NCBI GenBank assembly: GCA_016197005.1
Contig: JACPWO010000001.1
Coordinates: 218,544 to 282,543, forward strand
Reading direction: 5' to 3'
Origin: Candidatus Anderseniibacteriota bacterium
Lineage (GTDB): Bacteria > Patescibacteriota > Andersenbacteria > UBA10190
Length of the DNA: 64,000 nt
Shown: in pieces, positions 10,557 through 20,665 of the stretch
How the letters are laid out: every line of letters starts with the position of its first letter
Position numbering within the stretch: position 1 is the first letter of the stretch
Position numbers and translations under genes: made by a program
Notes under the pieces: model-generated
The model's input: the letters and a program-made list of their open reading frames with translations, nothing else
Databases searched by the model: none
Told to the model about the DNA's origin: nothing

Positions 10557-11264
10557 TTATTTATTACTCATAATACTGGCCATCGCTTCCAGTAAGGGCA
10601 TATGCCGGGCGTACGGCATACGTTTGGGACCGAGTACAAGCAACACCGCTTCTTCACCATCCGGTAATGTAACAGTCCGCGCTAGAACACTGGTATATTT
10701 CGCATTGTAAGCGGGGTTTTCTTCCCCGATATACACGACAACTTCATTGCGAGCCTGCTCGACAAACTCAGTGATATGGTCATCCAGAGTATCGGTAATA
10801 TTTGTTACCTCTCGAACTGTTTCTATATCCTCTCCCTCCGGTTGATCAAAGAGACGTGATAATCCAAACTCGTACACGCCTTGTCCGGTCGTACGTCCGC
10901 TAGCAGCTAGTGTTTTGGTAAGTCCGGAAAGCAATTTAACAGCGGAAGGCATTGATGCATCAGAGGACTCCGCTAGGTTGTGATACTGCTCGGCAAGCGC
11001 TGCCATCCGTCGTTCATTCAAATCTCGCACAATCAGCTTATTTACATACCAGCGATACCCTTTATCTGTAGGAATACGTCCGGCTGAAGTATGCGGTTGC
11101 TCTATATATCCCTCTTCTTCTAGATCGCGGAGCATACTGCGGATCGTGGCGGAACTAGCAGTAAAGCCAGCTTGTTCCTGCAAACGAACACTGCCGACGG
11201 GTTCGGCGGTCGAAATATATTCGATTATGAGCTCATGTAAGAGCTTAGAATAGCGAGAATCCAT
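10557..11264 (-). CDS. hrcA: Heat-inducible transcription repressor HrcA
   Basis: EPVGS, SSATIR, QPHTSAGRIPTDKGYR, GPKRMPY; start reassigned to ATG at 11264. Confidence 0.95.
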   Translation of the reverse strand: MDSRYSKLLHELIIEYISTAEPVGSVRLQEQAGFTASSATIRSMLRDLEEEGYIEQPHTSAGRIPTDKGYRWYVNKLIVRDLNERRMAALAEQYHNLAESSDASMPSAVKLLSGLTKTLAASGRTTGQGVYEFGLSRLFDQPEGEDIETVREVTNITDTLDDHITEFVEQARNEVVVYIGEENPAYNAKYTSVLARTVTLPDGEEAVLLVLGPKRMPYARHMPLLEAMASIMSNK

Positions 11265-11266
11265 GG

Positions 11267-11293
11267 TTAGCACTCTACCAAGCAGAGTGCTAA
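11267..11293. promoter_or_regulatory. CIRCE operator overlapping the hrcA promoter
   Basis: Exact TTAGCACTC-N9-GAGTGCTAA; overlaps TTGCAC-N17-TAGAGT on the minus strand. Confidence 0.97.
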
Positions 11294-11303
11294 AGTGCAA
11301 TAT

Positions 11304-12464
11304 TTATGTGGCAAGGGGATGAACCACCAATAGAGCTTTAGCCGCATTGGTAGGGTTGATAGAAATGTCGTGAATAGCGTAGTTCGGCAAACCCAACGAG
11401 AAGGTATTCCAGGCTTGCCCACCATCCTCCGAGCGATATACGACGCCATTAATGGCCACGAAGATGCGATTGGCATTCGTGGGACTGGTACGAACCACGA
11501 CAGAGTTAAATGTTTCCGCTACTTCTACCGGAACAGAAAGTTGCAGCCAGCTTTGTCCACCATCACGAGTAACCACGGCGCCATCATTAACACCGACTAA
11601 CAGTGCTTGTGGGAAACCAACGATATATGACACATCAAGAACGTCTCGTTCTCCCCCGCTCAGAAACGGTGTTTTCGGAATACCAATAACAGCCGGTACT
11701 TCTATGGCTGTTTGCGTGTTGTTCGTGATACGGAGAAGTCGTTTGGATTCTGTTATGACAAGAAGCTCTCCTGGAGTGTGCGGCGAAACAACTAAGGTAC
11801 GAATACCCATTTGCTTACTCCCAATTGCGATTGCTGGTCCTTCCGGTTGAACGGTATAGAAAGTACGCCATACTTTGGCTGCCTGTTCTCCAATAAAGAG
11901 AGACCCTAAGCTCGTACCACCATAAATCCGATCTGCGTTAAAAGGATCAGGCTCGAGCGTTAAAACTACAGAAGAAGCACTCTGACCGTTGCCACCAACA
12001 AGCTTAAAACTTTCCTCATTAACTGGGGTTGGTACCGTAAATACAGCGTGCCAACTTTTCCCTTCATCGAGACTCCGTACAACATATCCTTGTCCACCAG
12101 CATCTCGCCCAGCAGCGACAAGAACACCGCTTTGCAAAGCAATAACGTCAGTGGCAAACGTCAGCGGAGTTGGAAAAATCTTCCAACTTACACCATCATC
12201 GTGAGATATAACGATTCCCTGTTCACCGGCAGCGATATATATCGATTGGGGGTCGTGAGCCGGTCGATGAATATTTTGCAGTGGAAACTGCGCAATGTAT
12301 TCGCCTTCAGTGGTAGTAACTTGTACTGACTGTTCAAAGAGTGCCCCAGCACTTTCTGATCGATATACTCCCCCAGCAGATGGTGGTGGTACTTCCTTAC
12401 TACACCCAGACAACCCAACAGCCGCGACTAGGGCCACTGGCGTAATTATGCTGTAAAACTTCAT
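11304..12464 (-). CDS. Lipoprotein with BNR/Asp-box beta-propeller repeats
   Basis: Lipobox LSGC; repeated (S/T)xDxGxxW boxes. Confidence 0.8.
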   Translation of the reverse strand: MKFYSIITPVALVAAVGLSGCSKEVPPPSAGGVYRSESAGALFEQSVQVTTTEGEYIAQFPLQNIHRPAHDPQSIYIAAGEQGIVISHDDGVSWKIFPTPLTFATDVIALQSGVLVAAGRDAGGQGYVVRSLDEGKSWHAVFTVPTPVNEESFKLVGGNGQSASSVVLTLEPDPFNADRIYGGTSLGSLFIGEQAAKVWRTFYTVQPEGPAIAIGSKQMGIRTLVVSPHTPGELLVITESKRLLRITNNTQTAIEVPAVIGIPKTPFLSGGERDVLDVSYIVGFPQALLVGVNDGAVVTRDGGQSWLQLSVPVEVAETFNSVVVRTSPTNANRIFVAINGVVYRSEDGGQAWNTFSLGLPNYAIHDISINPTNAAKALLVVHPLAT

Positions 12465-12480
12465 GTGTTATGATTGTAGC

Positions 12481-13371
12481 ATGTCGTTTAGCAAAGTTCC
12501 GGTTAAACAATTTGAGTGGATTGACACCCAGCGCCCTTCTAACGAAGAAATAGCGACGTTTGCTCGTGAGGCAAAACTTCTTCACTCCGATGTGGAATTT
12601 TTATTAGAAGATCAACCGCGACCGGAAGTAGCAGTACGAGCAGACTATGTTTTAATTTTAGTTCGTGTCCCCGTGTTTGATAAAAAGACACGCGTCACCA
12701 GTGGGGCTTCGGTTGCTTTCATTACGACGAAAGACCGCCTCTATACCCTTCATACTCAGCCGGTAGTAGTTCTGGAACAAGTGAGACAAGAAATCGAGGA
12801 TCATCCAAATGACCACGAGCCTCACATTGGTGAAAACACTATTAGTTTGGCGCTCTATATTATCGACAAGCTTGGTGATAGTTCATTTCGCAAACTGACA
12901 CGACTCACCAAGCATATCGATATTGCCGAAGATGCAGTGTTTTTTGGTAATGAACGAAAGATGGTGGAAGAAGTGGCTATTTTAGGACGTGATGTACTTG
13001 ATTTCCGAAGGATTGTTCGACCACATATTAGTTTGTTTAAAAATATTCCGGATATTTTGGATGAAAATACCGCCTCGCAGTGGCGACGAGTCGGCGGCCA
13101 GATGGAGCAGCTATGGGAGTTACTTGAAAGTTTGTATAACAGTGCAAAGGAGTTACGCGAAACAAATGATTCTCTACTCCAACATAAAGAAAATGAATTA
13201 TTGCGCTTGCTTACGCTGTATTCCATTGTCGCTATTCCTGCTCTTCTTCTAGCTGGGTCTTACAACTCAGGAGCTCCGACGTTTGAAGTAATTTTCTGGG
13301 TGGTTCTTCTTTTCTTAGTATTTTGTCTCGGCTTCGTGTTCCTGCGTGCCAAGCGAAGAAAGATAATCTAG
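12481..13371 (+). CDS. CorA-family divalent cation transporter (atypical)
   Basis: Soluble N domain (WID..P, RPEV), long helices, two C-terminal TM segments; GMN motif absent. Confidence 0.75.
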   Translation: MSFSKVPVKQFEWIDTQRPSNEEIATFAREAKLLHSDVEFLLEDQPRPEVAVRADYVLILVRVPVFDKKTRVTSGASVAFITTKDRLYTLHTQPVVVLEQVRQEIEDHPNDHEPHIGENTISLALYIIDKLGDSSFRKLTRLTKHIDIAEDAVFFGNERKMVEEVAILGRDVLDFRRIVRPHISLFKNIPDILDENTASQWRRVGGQMEQLWELLESLYNSAKELRETNDSLLQHKENELLRLLTLYSIVAIPALLLAGSYNSGAPTFEVIFWVVLLFLVFCLGFVFLRAKRRKII

Positions 13372-13372
13372 T

Positions 13373-14809
13373 GTGAAGGTTCCCATTTTATATAATTCGT
13401 TAACCAAGAAAAACGAAGAGCTACAGACGAAGGAGCCAGGAAAAGTCCGCATATACAACTGCGGACCCACTGTGTACAAACGACAACACGTTGGCAATAT
13501 GCGCCGCTACCTCTTCGCAGATTTTTTGCGTCGTAGTCTTGAATTCTTTGGCTATGAAGTTCGTGAAATCACTAATATTACTGACGTAGGTCATCTTACT
13601 CAAGATGAAATCGATGCTGGTGAAGATAAGTTAGAAGTGGAGGCTAAAAGACAGAAAAAAACACCCCAGGATATTGCGGCCGAACAAACTGACTTATTTC
13701 TTCACGATTTACAATCCCTCAATATCCAACCAGCACATAAATACCCAAAGGCCAGTGAACACATTAAGCAGATGCTCACTTTGACGGAGGCATTACTAAA
13801 AAAGGGACATGCTTATCAGACAGCTAGCGGTGTATATTTCGATGTCACTTCCTTTCCAGCGTACGGTGCTCTCTCTGGTAACACACTCAATAACATTGCC
13901 GCTGGTGCTCGTGTTACTGTTCGCAGTGAAAAAAAACATCCGGCTGACTTTGCGCTCTGGAAAACTGACGATCCGGAACACATCCAACAGTGGGACTCTC
14001 CCTGGGGACGAGGGTACCCTGGCTGGCACATCGAATGTTCGGCAATGAGCTTAGAATATTTAGGGTCAGATATAGATATTCATACGGGTGGTGAAGATAA
14101 TCGCTTCCCCCACCATGAGAATGAAATAGCTCAGTCGGAAGGCGCTACTGGTGAACCATTTGTCCGCGTTTGGATGCACAATCGTCATCTTTTATTTTCT
14201 GGAAAAAAACTAGCGAAACGAGAAGGACTGCAAATAACACTGGATACAATCCGGGAGCGTGGGTATTCCCCCCTCGCCTTTCGTTTCTTTGTGTTTAGTA
14301 GTCATTATCGCTCTCCCCTAGAATTTTCCTGGGAAGCCATGAATGCCGCTGAAGGGAAATTAAATACGTTTCGTCACTTTCTACGACGATTAATGGAACT
14401 GCCGAGCACTCCCCCTATTGGTCAGCAAATGCGTGGATCAGAAGCACTGCGAAAATTTGCCGAAGCGTTAAGTCAGGATTTAAATACTCCCCGTGCCTTA
14501 GCCGTCGTATTTGATTTCATAAAGCAATCCAATGCCGCCCTCGACGCTTCTCCTGATGGCGAAACAGCGGGCGAAATTGAAGCGACGCTTAAGAAAATAG
14601 ATAGTGTTCTGGGAATCTTTGAGCAGCTCAAAGAGGAAATTAAGACTGAAACTATTCCTCTAGCAGTTAGAAATTTAGCTCGACAAAGAGAAGAGGCGCG
14701 GCGTGCTAAAAATTTCGAAAAAGCTGATGAGCTGAGAGCTGCTATCGAAAAAGAAGGATATACACTGGAAGATACCTCGTCTGGGCCGCGTTTAGCTAAG
14801 CAATCCTAG
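13373..14809 (+). CDS. cysS: Cysteine--tRNA ligase
   Basis: CGPTVY, HVGN, PGWHIECSAM, FPHHENE. Confidence 0.98.
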   Translation: MKVPILYNSLTKKNEELQTKEPGKVRIYNCGPTVYKRQHVGNMRRYLFADFLRRSLEFFGYEVREITNITDVGHLTQDEIDAGEDKLEVEAKRQKKTPQDIAAEQTDLFLHDLQSLNIQPAHKYPKASEHIKQMLTLTEALLKKGHAYQTASGVYFDVTSFPAYGALSGNTLNNIAAGARVTVRSEKKHPADFALWKTDDPEHIQQWDSPWGRGYPGWHIECSAMSLEYLGSDIDIHTGGEDNRFPHHENEIAQSEGATGEPFVRVWMHNRHLLFSGKKLAKREGLQITLDTIRERGYSPLAFRFFVFSSHYRSPLEFSWEAMNAAEGKLNTFRHFLRRLMELPSTPPIGQQMRGSEALRKFAEALSQDLNTPRALAVVFDFIKQSNAALDASPDGETAGEIEATLKKIDSVLGIFEQLKEEIKTETIPLAVRNLARQREEARRAKNFEKADELRAAIEKEGYTLEDTSSGPRLAKQS

Positions 14810-14876
14810 GTAGGGCTATTTCTTCACACGTTATACACTCCTCGGTCGTCGGTTGGGACTGTATACTTTGAAAACT

Positions 14877-16274
14877 ATGGCTAGGGCACGCAAAACTCCT
14901 CCTTCTATACTACGCACTCCTCCTCACAACACCGAGGCGGAAGAATCTGTGTTAGGCAGTTTACTGATTGATAAGGACGCTATTGTAAAAGTGGCTGACT
15001 GGCTCGCGGTCAATGATTTCTATCGCTCAAAGTATGGAGCCATGTATCAAGCCATGCTTGATCTCTATGCCGCGGGTGATCCCATTGATGTCTTATCTGT
15101 TATTAACCGACTCAAAGAGAAAGAACAACTGATTGAAGTTGGTGGTGAAACAGCCGTCACTCACCTCGCAACCGTCGTGCCAACAGCCGGTAACGTTGTG
15201 CACTACGGCCGTATTGTGCAGCGCAGTGGAACCCGGCGTCGCCTTATTTCCGCAGCCTCAGATATTTCTGAAATTGCGTACAACGAAGAAGAAAATATTG
15301 AGAATATTATGGATGAGTCGGAGCGAAAGTTATTCGCTGTCTCCCAAAGTCACAAACACCAGAAATTTATTCGCTTGTCCGATGCGCTCGAAGACGCCTT
15401 TACCCGTATAGACAAGCTCCATAAAGGCGACCACTCTCTGCGGGGCGTCCCAACCGGTTTCTCTGCTTTGGATAACAAACTGGCTGGCTGGCAAAAATCT
15501 GACCTTATTGTTTTGGCCGCTCGCCCGAGCGTTGGAAAGACTACCTTGGCTCTGGATTTTGCGCGACACGCGGCCCTGGCCGGCTCAAAGGTCGGAATAT
15601 TTAGCTTGGAAATGTCCAAGGATCAATTAGTAGATCGTCTGCTCGCCTCCCATGCTCACGTCAATTTATGGCGTCTGCGTACTGGCAATTTAGAACAGGG
15701 ACGCGGCGACTTTGATGACTTTGAACGTATTGCGGAAGCCATGGGTGAACTTTCTCAAGCTCCCATTTATATTGATGACCAAGCTTCCGCCAACATTATG
15801 GGTATGCGAACTATGGCTCGCCGCCTGCAATCAGAATATGGCCTTGATTTACTCATTATCGATTACCTTCAACTAATGGAGTCGAGTAGGTACAAAGATA
15901 ACCGCGTACAAGAAGTATCGGATATCTCTCGTAATCTTAAAAAGCTTGCCCTGGAACTCAACGTTCCTATTATTGCTCTCTCTCAGCTTTCTCGAGCAGT
16001 TGAAATGCGCACCGATCAGCGACCAAAACTTTCTGACCTTCGTGAATCGGGAAGCATTGAGCAGGATGCGGACGTCGTGATGTTCCTTCACCGTCAACCG
16101 TACGATAGTGAGAATGGTGAACGACCAGAAGTAATGGAAGTAGATCTACTTATAGAAAAACATCGTAATGGGCCGACCGGAGAGGTTCCTCTGCACTTCC
16201 ACACTAAATACGTCACCTATACCGAGGTTGAAGAAATGCGAGCCGAAGAAGCTCCAGCAGTATCTCAAGCGTAA
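14877..16274 (+). CDS. dnaB: Replicative DNA helicase
   Basis: AARPSVGKT, IDYLQL, LSQLSR, DLRESGSIEQDAD; no intein. Confidence 0.98.
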   Translation: MARARKTPPSILRTPPHNTEAEESVLGSLLIDKDAIVKVADWLAVNDFYRSKYGAMYQAMLDLYAAGDPIDVLSVINRLKEKEQLIEVGGETAVTHLATVVPTAGNVVHYGRIVQRSGTRRRLISAASDISEIAYNEEENIENIMDESERKLFAVSQSHKHQKFIRLSDALEDAFTRIDKLHKGDHSLRGVPTGFSALDNKLAGWQKSDLIVLAARPSVGKTTLALDFARHAALAGSKVGIFSLEMSKDQLVDRLLASHAHVNLWRLRTGNLEQGRGDFDDFERIAEAMGELSQAPIYIDDQASANIMGMRTMARRLQSEYGLDLLIIDYLQLMESSRYKDNRVQEVSDISRNLKKLALELNVPIIALSQLSRAVEMRTDQRPKLSDLRESGSIEQDADVVMFLHRQPYDSENGERPEVMEVDLLIEKHRNGPTGEVPLHFHTKYVTYTEVEEMRAEEAPAVSQA

Positions 16275-16320
16275 ATAGCTAACGCTGGCAGGCTCTATTT
16301 GTATAGTCTAGTCTTTGAAT

Positions 16321-16923
16321 ATGCCTTCCATATTACCTAAAGCCGTTCGTGATCTAGCTCAAGAGTTATCTCGCCTCCCAAGTATTGGTCCAAAAACTGC
16401 GCAGCGACTATCGCTCCATCTTTTGCGTATGCCAGAAAATGTTGTCCGTCACTTTGCTCAGACAATAGAATCCCTTCATCGCAGCGTGCAAATATGCAAA
16501 GAATGTTTCAGTCTAGCTGAAAAAGATTTGTGCATTATCTGTCGAGATACAAGTCGCAATCGTTCCATTATTTGTGTCGTAGAGGGGCCTCTCGATGTAG
16601 AAGCAATTGAACGAACCGATTCTTACCGAGGACTGTACCACGTGTTAGGCGGTGTCCTGTCTCCAATGGAGGGTGTAAGTGCTGACCAATTAACAGTGGA
16701 TGAGTTGTTTAACCGGCTCAGACAAGAAGAAGTAAAGGAAGTCATTATTGCCTTAGGACACACGATGGAAAGTGACGCTACCGTTAGATACATCATGGCC
16801 GGGATAAAAGATTTGGATCTCCACGTGACGCGACTAGCACGAGGACTTCCTACCGGTGGAGATATTGAATTTGCTGACGCTACTACCTTGTCCGCCGCTT
16901 TTGAAGGGCGACGGAAGGTATAA
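16321..16923 (+). CDS. recR: Recombination mediator RecR
   Basis: LPSIGPKTAQR HhH, C4 zinc finger, YHVLGG Toprim. Confidence 0.97.
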   Translation: MPSILPKAVRDLAQELSRLPSIGPKTAQRLSLHLLRMPENVVRHFAQTIESLHRSVQICKECFSLAEKDLCIICRDTSRNRSIICVVEGPLDVEAIERTDSYRGLYHVLGGVLSPMEGVSADQLTVDELFNRLRQEEVKEVIIALGHTMESDATVRYIMAGIKDLDLHVTRLARGLPTGGDIEFADATTLSAAFEGRRKV

Positions 16924-16934
16924 ACAAAAGATCG

Positions 16935-17255
16935 CTACTTGGTAGCGATCTTAGTGATTTCAACTTTGGTATACCACTGTTTGTGGCCGAAATATTTCTT
17001 CTGGCGTTTCTTTGGTTTTACTTTCACACCGAAAACCTTTTCATGACGGCCGTGCTCCAAGATTTTACCTTCAACCTTTGCGCCACTTAAGAATGGGGTT
17101 CCAATATTCATTGTCTTATCAGTTGCAGCCATCAAGACTTCTTCGAAAGTTAATGATTTTCCTTCGTCAGCCACTACTTTTTCCAGCAGGACAACATCGC
17201 CCTCTTTAACGAGGTACTGTTTTCCACCGTTTTGGAATACTGCTGTCGTTGCCAT
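16935..17255 (-). CDS. rplU: 50S ribosomal protein L21
   Basis: GGKQYLV, IGTPFL, GHKQWYT. Confidence 0.95.
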   Translation of the reverse strand: MATTAVFQNGGKQYLVKEGDVVLLEKVVADEGKSLTFEEVLMAATDKTMNIGTPFLSGAKVEGKILEHGRHEKVFGVKVKPKKRQKKYFGHKQWYTKVEITKIATK

Positions 17256-17283
17256 ATGTGGGGCCAACTATAGCACAAGGGCC

Positions 17284-17799
17284 TTAAAAAGCAACCTCGT
17301 CCCCTACTTGAATGCCTAAGATCGCTGCCTGCCCGGCGGCTAGCTCTAGAGCTCCATCAATAGCCTGCGAATGACGGTATCGAGCAAGATCCGAATCAGC
17401 TACCCCTATCTCAGCCGGAACACTTGCTTCAATACCGGCTACTTTCCCATCGCGAATCCAGAGGATATCGATAGGAATAATCATATCTTTCATCCAAAAC
17501 GTCGCCGTGGAACGAGGAGTAAAGGTAAAATACATTCCCTTACCTTCAGGTACAGCCGCACAGCCACTTAATCCTTGAGCGTGCTCTTCTTTCGTATCGG
17601 CGAGGGCAATAGGAACTTGTATGTCACCAACTTGTACGTGAGTTTCAGAAAAATTGTGACAATCCTCTCCGGCAACTTCCTCTTCTTGGTTCTGCGTAGA
17701 CCGGGTAGGTGTTGATCGACCATTAAAGGCAATCGCCACAATAAAAGCGGCAAGAATGATGACAAGACTACCAATGATGTACCGGTGCTGTGGTTGCAT
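17284..17799 (-). CDS. DUF192 family membrane-anchored protein
   Basis: GLS...GMYF...FWMKDMIIPIDI, LELAAG. Confidence 0.85.
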   Translation of the reverse strand: MQPQHRYIIGSLVIILAAFIVAIAFNGRSTPTRSTQNQEEEVAGEDCHNFSETHVQVGDIQVPIALADTKEEHAQGLSGCAAVPEGKGMYFTFTPRSTATFWMKDMIIPIDILWIRDGKVAGIEASVPAEIGVADSDLARYRHSQAIDGALELAAGQAAILGIQVGDEVAF

Positions 17800-18799
17800 A
17801 CTGACTTTTTAGCTTACGGCGCCTTATCCAAAGACGCAACCCCGAAGCGGCTACCCCTAAGGCACTGACAACGAAAAAAATAAGTTTGGCTTGCGTTGTC
17901 AAAAGAATACTAGCGAGACCCAAAAATGCGGTAACAACTAAGGCAGCTGCTAAAATAGTACGCTTGCTAACCCCCGCCTTTTGCCAGCGGTGATGGATAT
18001 GATTAACCGTGTCACCAGACGTCACAGAATGGCCACTAATGATGCGTCGCAGGACAACAACCCCTACATCAACAATTGGTATCGCTAAAATAAGGAGCGC
18101 GGTAGCTATCTTTCCTCCGCCACCTGACGCAACAATCGCCAGATACATCCCAATAAACCAACTCCCAACCGTGCCAAGATATACCTTGGCTGGTGGAGCG
18201 TTCCAAATAAAGAAAGCCGCTAGCGCAGAGGCTCCAATACCGGCTAGACCTAAGGTTGTACCACTTTGAATTGAAGGCAGCATAGCAACTGCCACCAGGG
18301 CGATGTGGGCAATGACTCCGACGCCGCCAGCGAGTCCGTCCATGCCATCAAGCCAATTAACTGCATTCATAAGGAGCACAATCCAGGCTATCGCTAAAAG
18401 ATCGGCCGGTAAGGTTAAGGGTCCTACTTGAAAAAGTGTTAAATTCAGAAGTCCATCGGCAAAGGGATGACTGACATACGGAATAGTCCAACCACTGACT
18501 ACTACAATAGCGGCAATCACAATCTGCCAGATAAGTTGCGTACGAGCCGACAGTTTCATAATCTCGTCGGATTTCCCAACAATAATAACGAGAATCGAGG
18601 CAATAAGCAGACCCCAGCGCATACCCCACTCAGGAATGACAAACCAGGCGGCAGCTACTACCAAGGCAGTCAGCAACACACCGACGTATGCTCGCCCACT
18701 TTTTATCTCGCGGGATATGAGAAAATTCAGCAGAACAAATATTCCCAGCCATACATAGCCATAAGAAGCGGTAAACAATGTCGTATCAAGTGGCAACAT
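17768..18799 (-). CDS. MraY/WecA-family polyprenyl-phosphate sugar-1-phosphate transferase
   Basis: NAVNWLDGMDGLA, WNAPPAKVYLG, HIHH. Confidence 0.9.
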   Translation of the reverse strand: MLPLDTTLFTASYGYVWLGIFVLLNFLISREIKSGRAYVGVLLTALVVAAAWFVIPEWGMRWGLLIASILVIIVGKSDEIMKLSARTQLIWQIVIAAIVVVSGWTIPYVSHPFADGLLNLTLFQVGPLTLPADLLAIAWIVLLMNAVNWLDGMDGLAGGVGVIAHIALVAVAMLPSIQSGTTLGLAGIGASALAAFFIWNAPPAKVYLGTVGSWFIGMYLAIVASGGGGKIATALLILAIPIVDVGVVVLRRIISGHSVTSGDTVNHIHHRWQKAGVSKRTILAAALVVTAFLGLASILLTTQAKLIFFVVSALGVAASGLRLWIRRRKLKSQYATTAPVHHW

Positions 18800-20312
18800 G
18801 AACTTTCTTTCGAGATTTCTGCATCACGTTAAAGTGAAGATCGCGCCCAAGCAGGAGACGAGTTTCCGCATCCAGAGCCGGGAAGGCAGATAAGATCATT
18901 GATATAATTGGCACCAATATCCATTGCAGCACAAATTGAATATGACGCCACCACGTATAGTGAGCTGGCCGCGGTGGTGATAGTAGCAGTGTTAACGCAG
19001 CGGATATAACCAACCCACTCATCGCAATCGACATAAGGGTCCTGGCAACAAACGGCAAACTATATGACAGAAACGTGGCGTGAAATTCAGGACTACCGAA
19101 AATGATAGGCAGCCAACCTAATCCGGCCACAATGATGGGAGCAGTCGCCCACGAAAAATGCCCTTCTAATGTGCGAAACAAGTACGGAAATTTTCGATCG
19201 AAAGGAATCTCTCGGTTCCGCAGAAAACCTTCCATAATGTAGGGAAAGTTTTCAATTCCCCACGCCCACCGTCGTTTCTGCCGATACTGATTCTTAAGTG
19301 TCTTCCACCAGCTATCAGCAAGCGCGGCATCCATAGAAACTGTTATGTAGAGTGGCTGAGCGCGATAATTACCAGCGTAATGTAAAAGTGCCTGCCAAAA
19401 GATACGAGAGTCTTCAGAAATAATGTCTCGTTGCCAGTACCCAACTTCTTGTAAAGCTAGTAGGGTCATGGAATGACTAGAAAATGTTACCAGACGCTCT
19501 GGCCTGGTACTTTCAATCATCTGCCAGAACGTAGAACCCATGGCAATGACGCGTGAGAATGATGGCGCATCCCACAAATTATTGTTGTACACCGGGATCG
19601 GCTGGTAACTCGCCTGATATTTATCTTCCTGTTCTAAAAATACATGAGTTAAGTACGCAAAATACTGCGACGGCAACACCGTATCACTATCTAGGTTACT
19701 AACTAGAACGTGCGGTACGGGAATATTGAGATCTTTAGTTTTTTCTTCTAACTTTTTTATTGCCCAGCAGGCATTTGCACTTTTCACTCGTTTTTCATTG
19801 GGCAGCCCATCAGGATGAAAAGTAGTGAGAAATGTTCGGAAATATGAACCAAATTCCATGGTCAGAGCCTGAGCTCTTTCTTGAGCGTCCGTTCCGGCTC
19901 GTTCTTCAAAACCAACAACCACATGAAGGTTTTCAGCAGGAAACGTTGAAGCTTTTAAACTTGATAGTGTTGAATGTAGTACCTCAAGCGACTCGTTATA
20001 TGTTGGAACAACAATGTAATGGTGAATATCATCCCAGCCCATCTCCGCTTTCGGAAGCTGCTGTAGTTTTTCCATCCAATTAATAGTGCGGTGGGCTTTG
20101 AGTTGGCGGTAGGCGTATATGAGATGCGTACTCATATAGACGATACGAACCAATACATATACGTCGTACGCAATAACAAAAATTGCGATCCAGTACGGAA
20201 CGAAAAATGATAGGAGTGTGAGGCTTATAAGTGTTCCCCACGACAACGCTCCCGGCAGTATTTGCCAGAGGCGACGACGAAGCGAGACAATGTCGAATTC
20301 AATAGCAATCAT
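18786..20312 (-). CDS. Membrane glycosyltransferase family 2
   Basis: VPTYNE, LDSD, SED, QKRRW processive motif. Confidence 0.9.
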   Translation of the reverse strand: MIAIEFDIVSLRRRLWQILPGALSWGTLISLTLLSFFVPYWIAIFVIAYDVYVLVRIVYMSTHLIYAYRQLKAHRTINWMEKLQQLPKAEMGWDDIHHYIVVPTYNESLEVLHSTLSSLKASTFPAENLHVVVGFEERAGTDAQERAQALTMEFGSYFRTFLTTFHPDGLPNEKRVKSANACWAIKKLEEKTKDLNIPVPHVLVSNLDSDTVLPSQYFAYLTHVFLEQEDKYQASYQPIPVYNNNLWDAPSFSRVIAMGSTFWQMIESTRPERLVTFSSHSMTLLALQEVGYWQRDIISEDSRIFWQALLHYAGNYRAQPLYITVSMDAALADSWWKTLKNQYRQKRRWAWGIENFPYIMEGFLRNREIPFDRKFPYLFRTLEGHFSWATAPIIVAGLGWLPIIFGSPEFHATFLSYSLPFVARTLMSIAMSGLVISAALTLLLSPPRPAHYTWWRHIQFVLQWILVPIISMILSAFPALDAETRLLLGRDLHFNVMQKSRKKVHVAT

Positions 20313-20665
20313 CGATTCATAATGAGAATAGCCGTGAAAGCTGCCAGAAGAAGAGCTTGAGCGGCAACGGCAGCACCCATAAGGATAGCGGCCGATAAAT
20401 AATTTGTTTTCCTAAGGACGTATGCCAGTAATCCATCAAGTACTACTAAGGCAGTACCTAAGACGGGCAATACCAGAATCTGATGCCCTTCACCAATAAA
20501 GTCAATCCCCACCCCCACGTTGTAATGGAGAATAGCCGCAGGCAAGTCACGAGGGAAAAGAGTGAGCGATAAGATCCATAAAGCAGCGTTTAACAGAGCA
20601 CCTGCTCCCCCTGTTAAGAGAAGTGGGCTACGAAACCGAGCAGCAATATTAAAACTCCTTTTCAT
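20309..20665 (-). CDS. Small membrane protein
   Basis: Three TM segments with ILHYNVGVGID loop. Confidence 0.7.
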   Translation of the reverse strand: MKRSFNIAARFRSPLLLTGGAGALLNAALWILSLTLFPRDLPAAILHYNVGVGIDFIGEGHQILVLPVLGTALVVLDGLLAYVLRKTNYLSAAILMGAAVAAQALLLAAFTAILIMNR

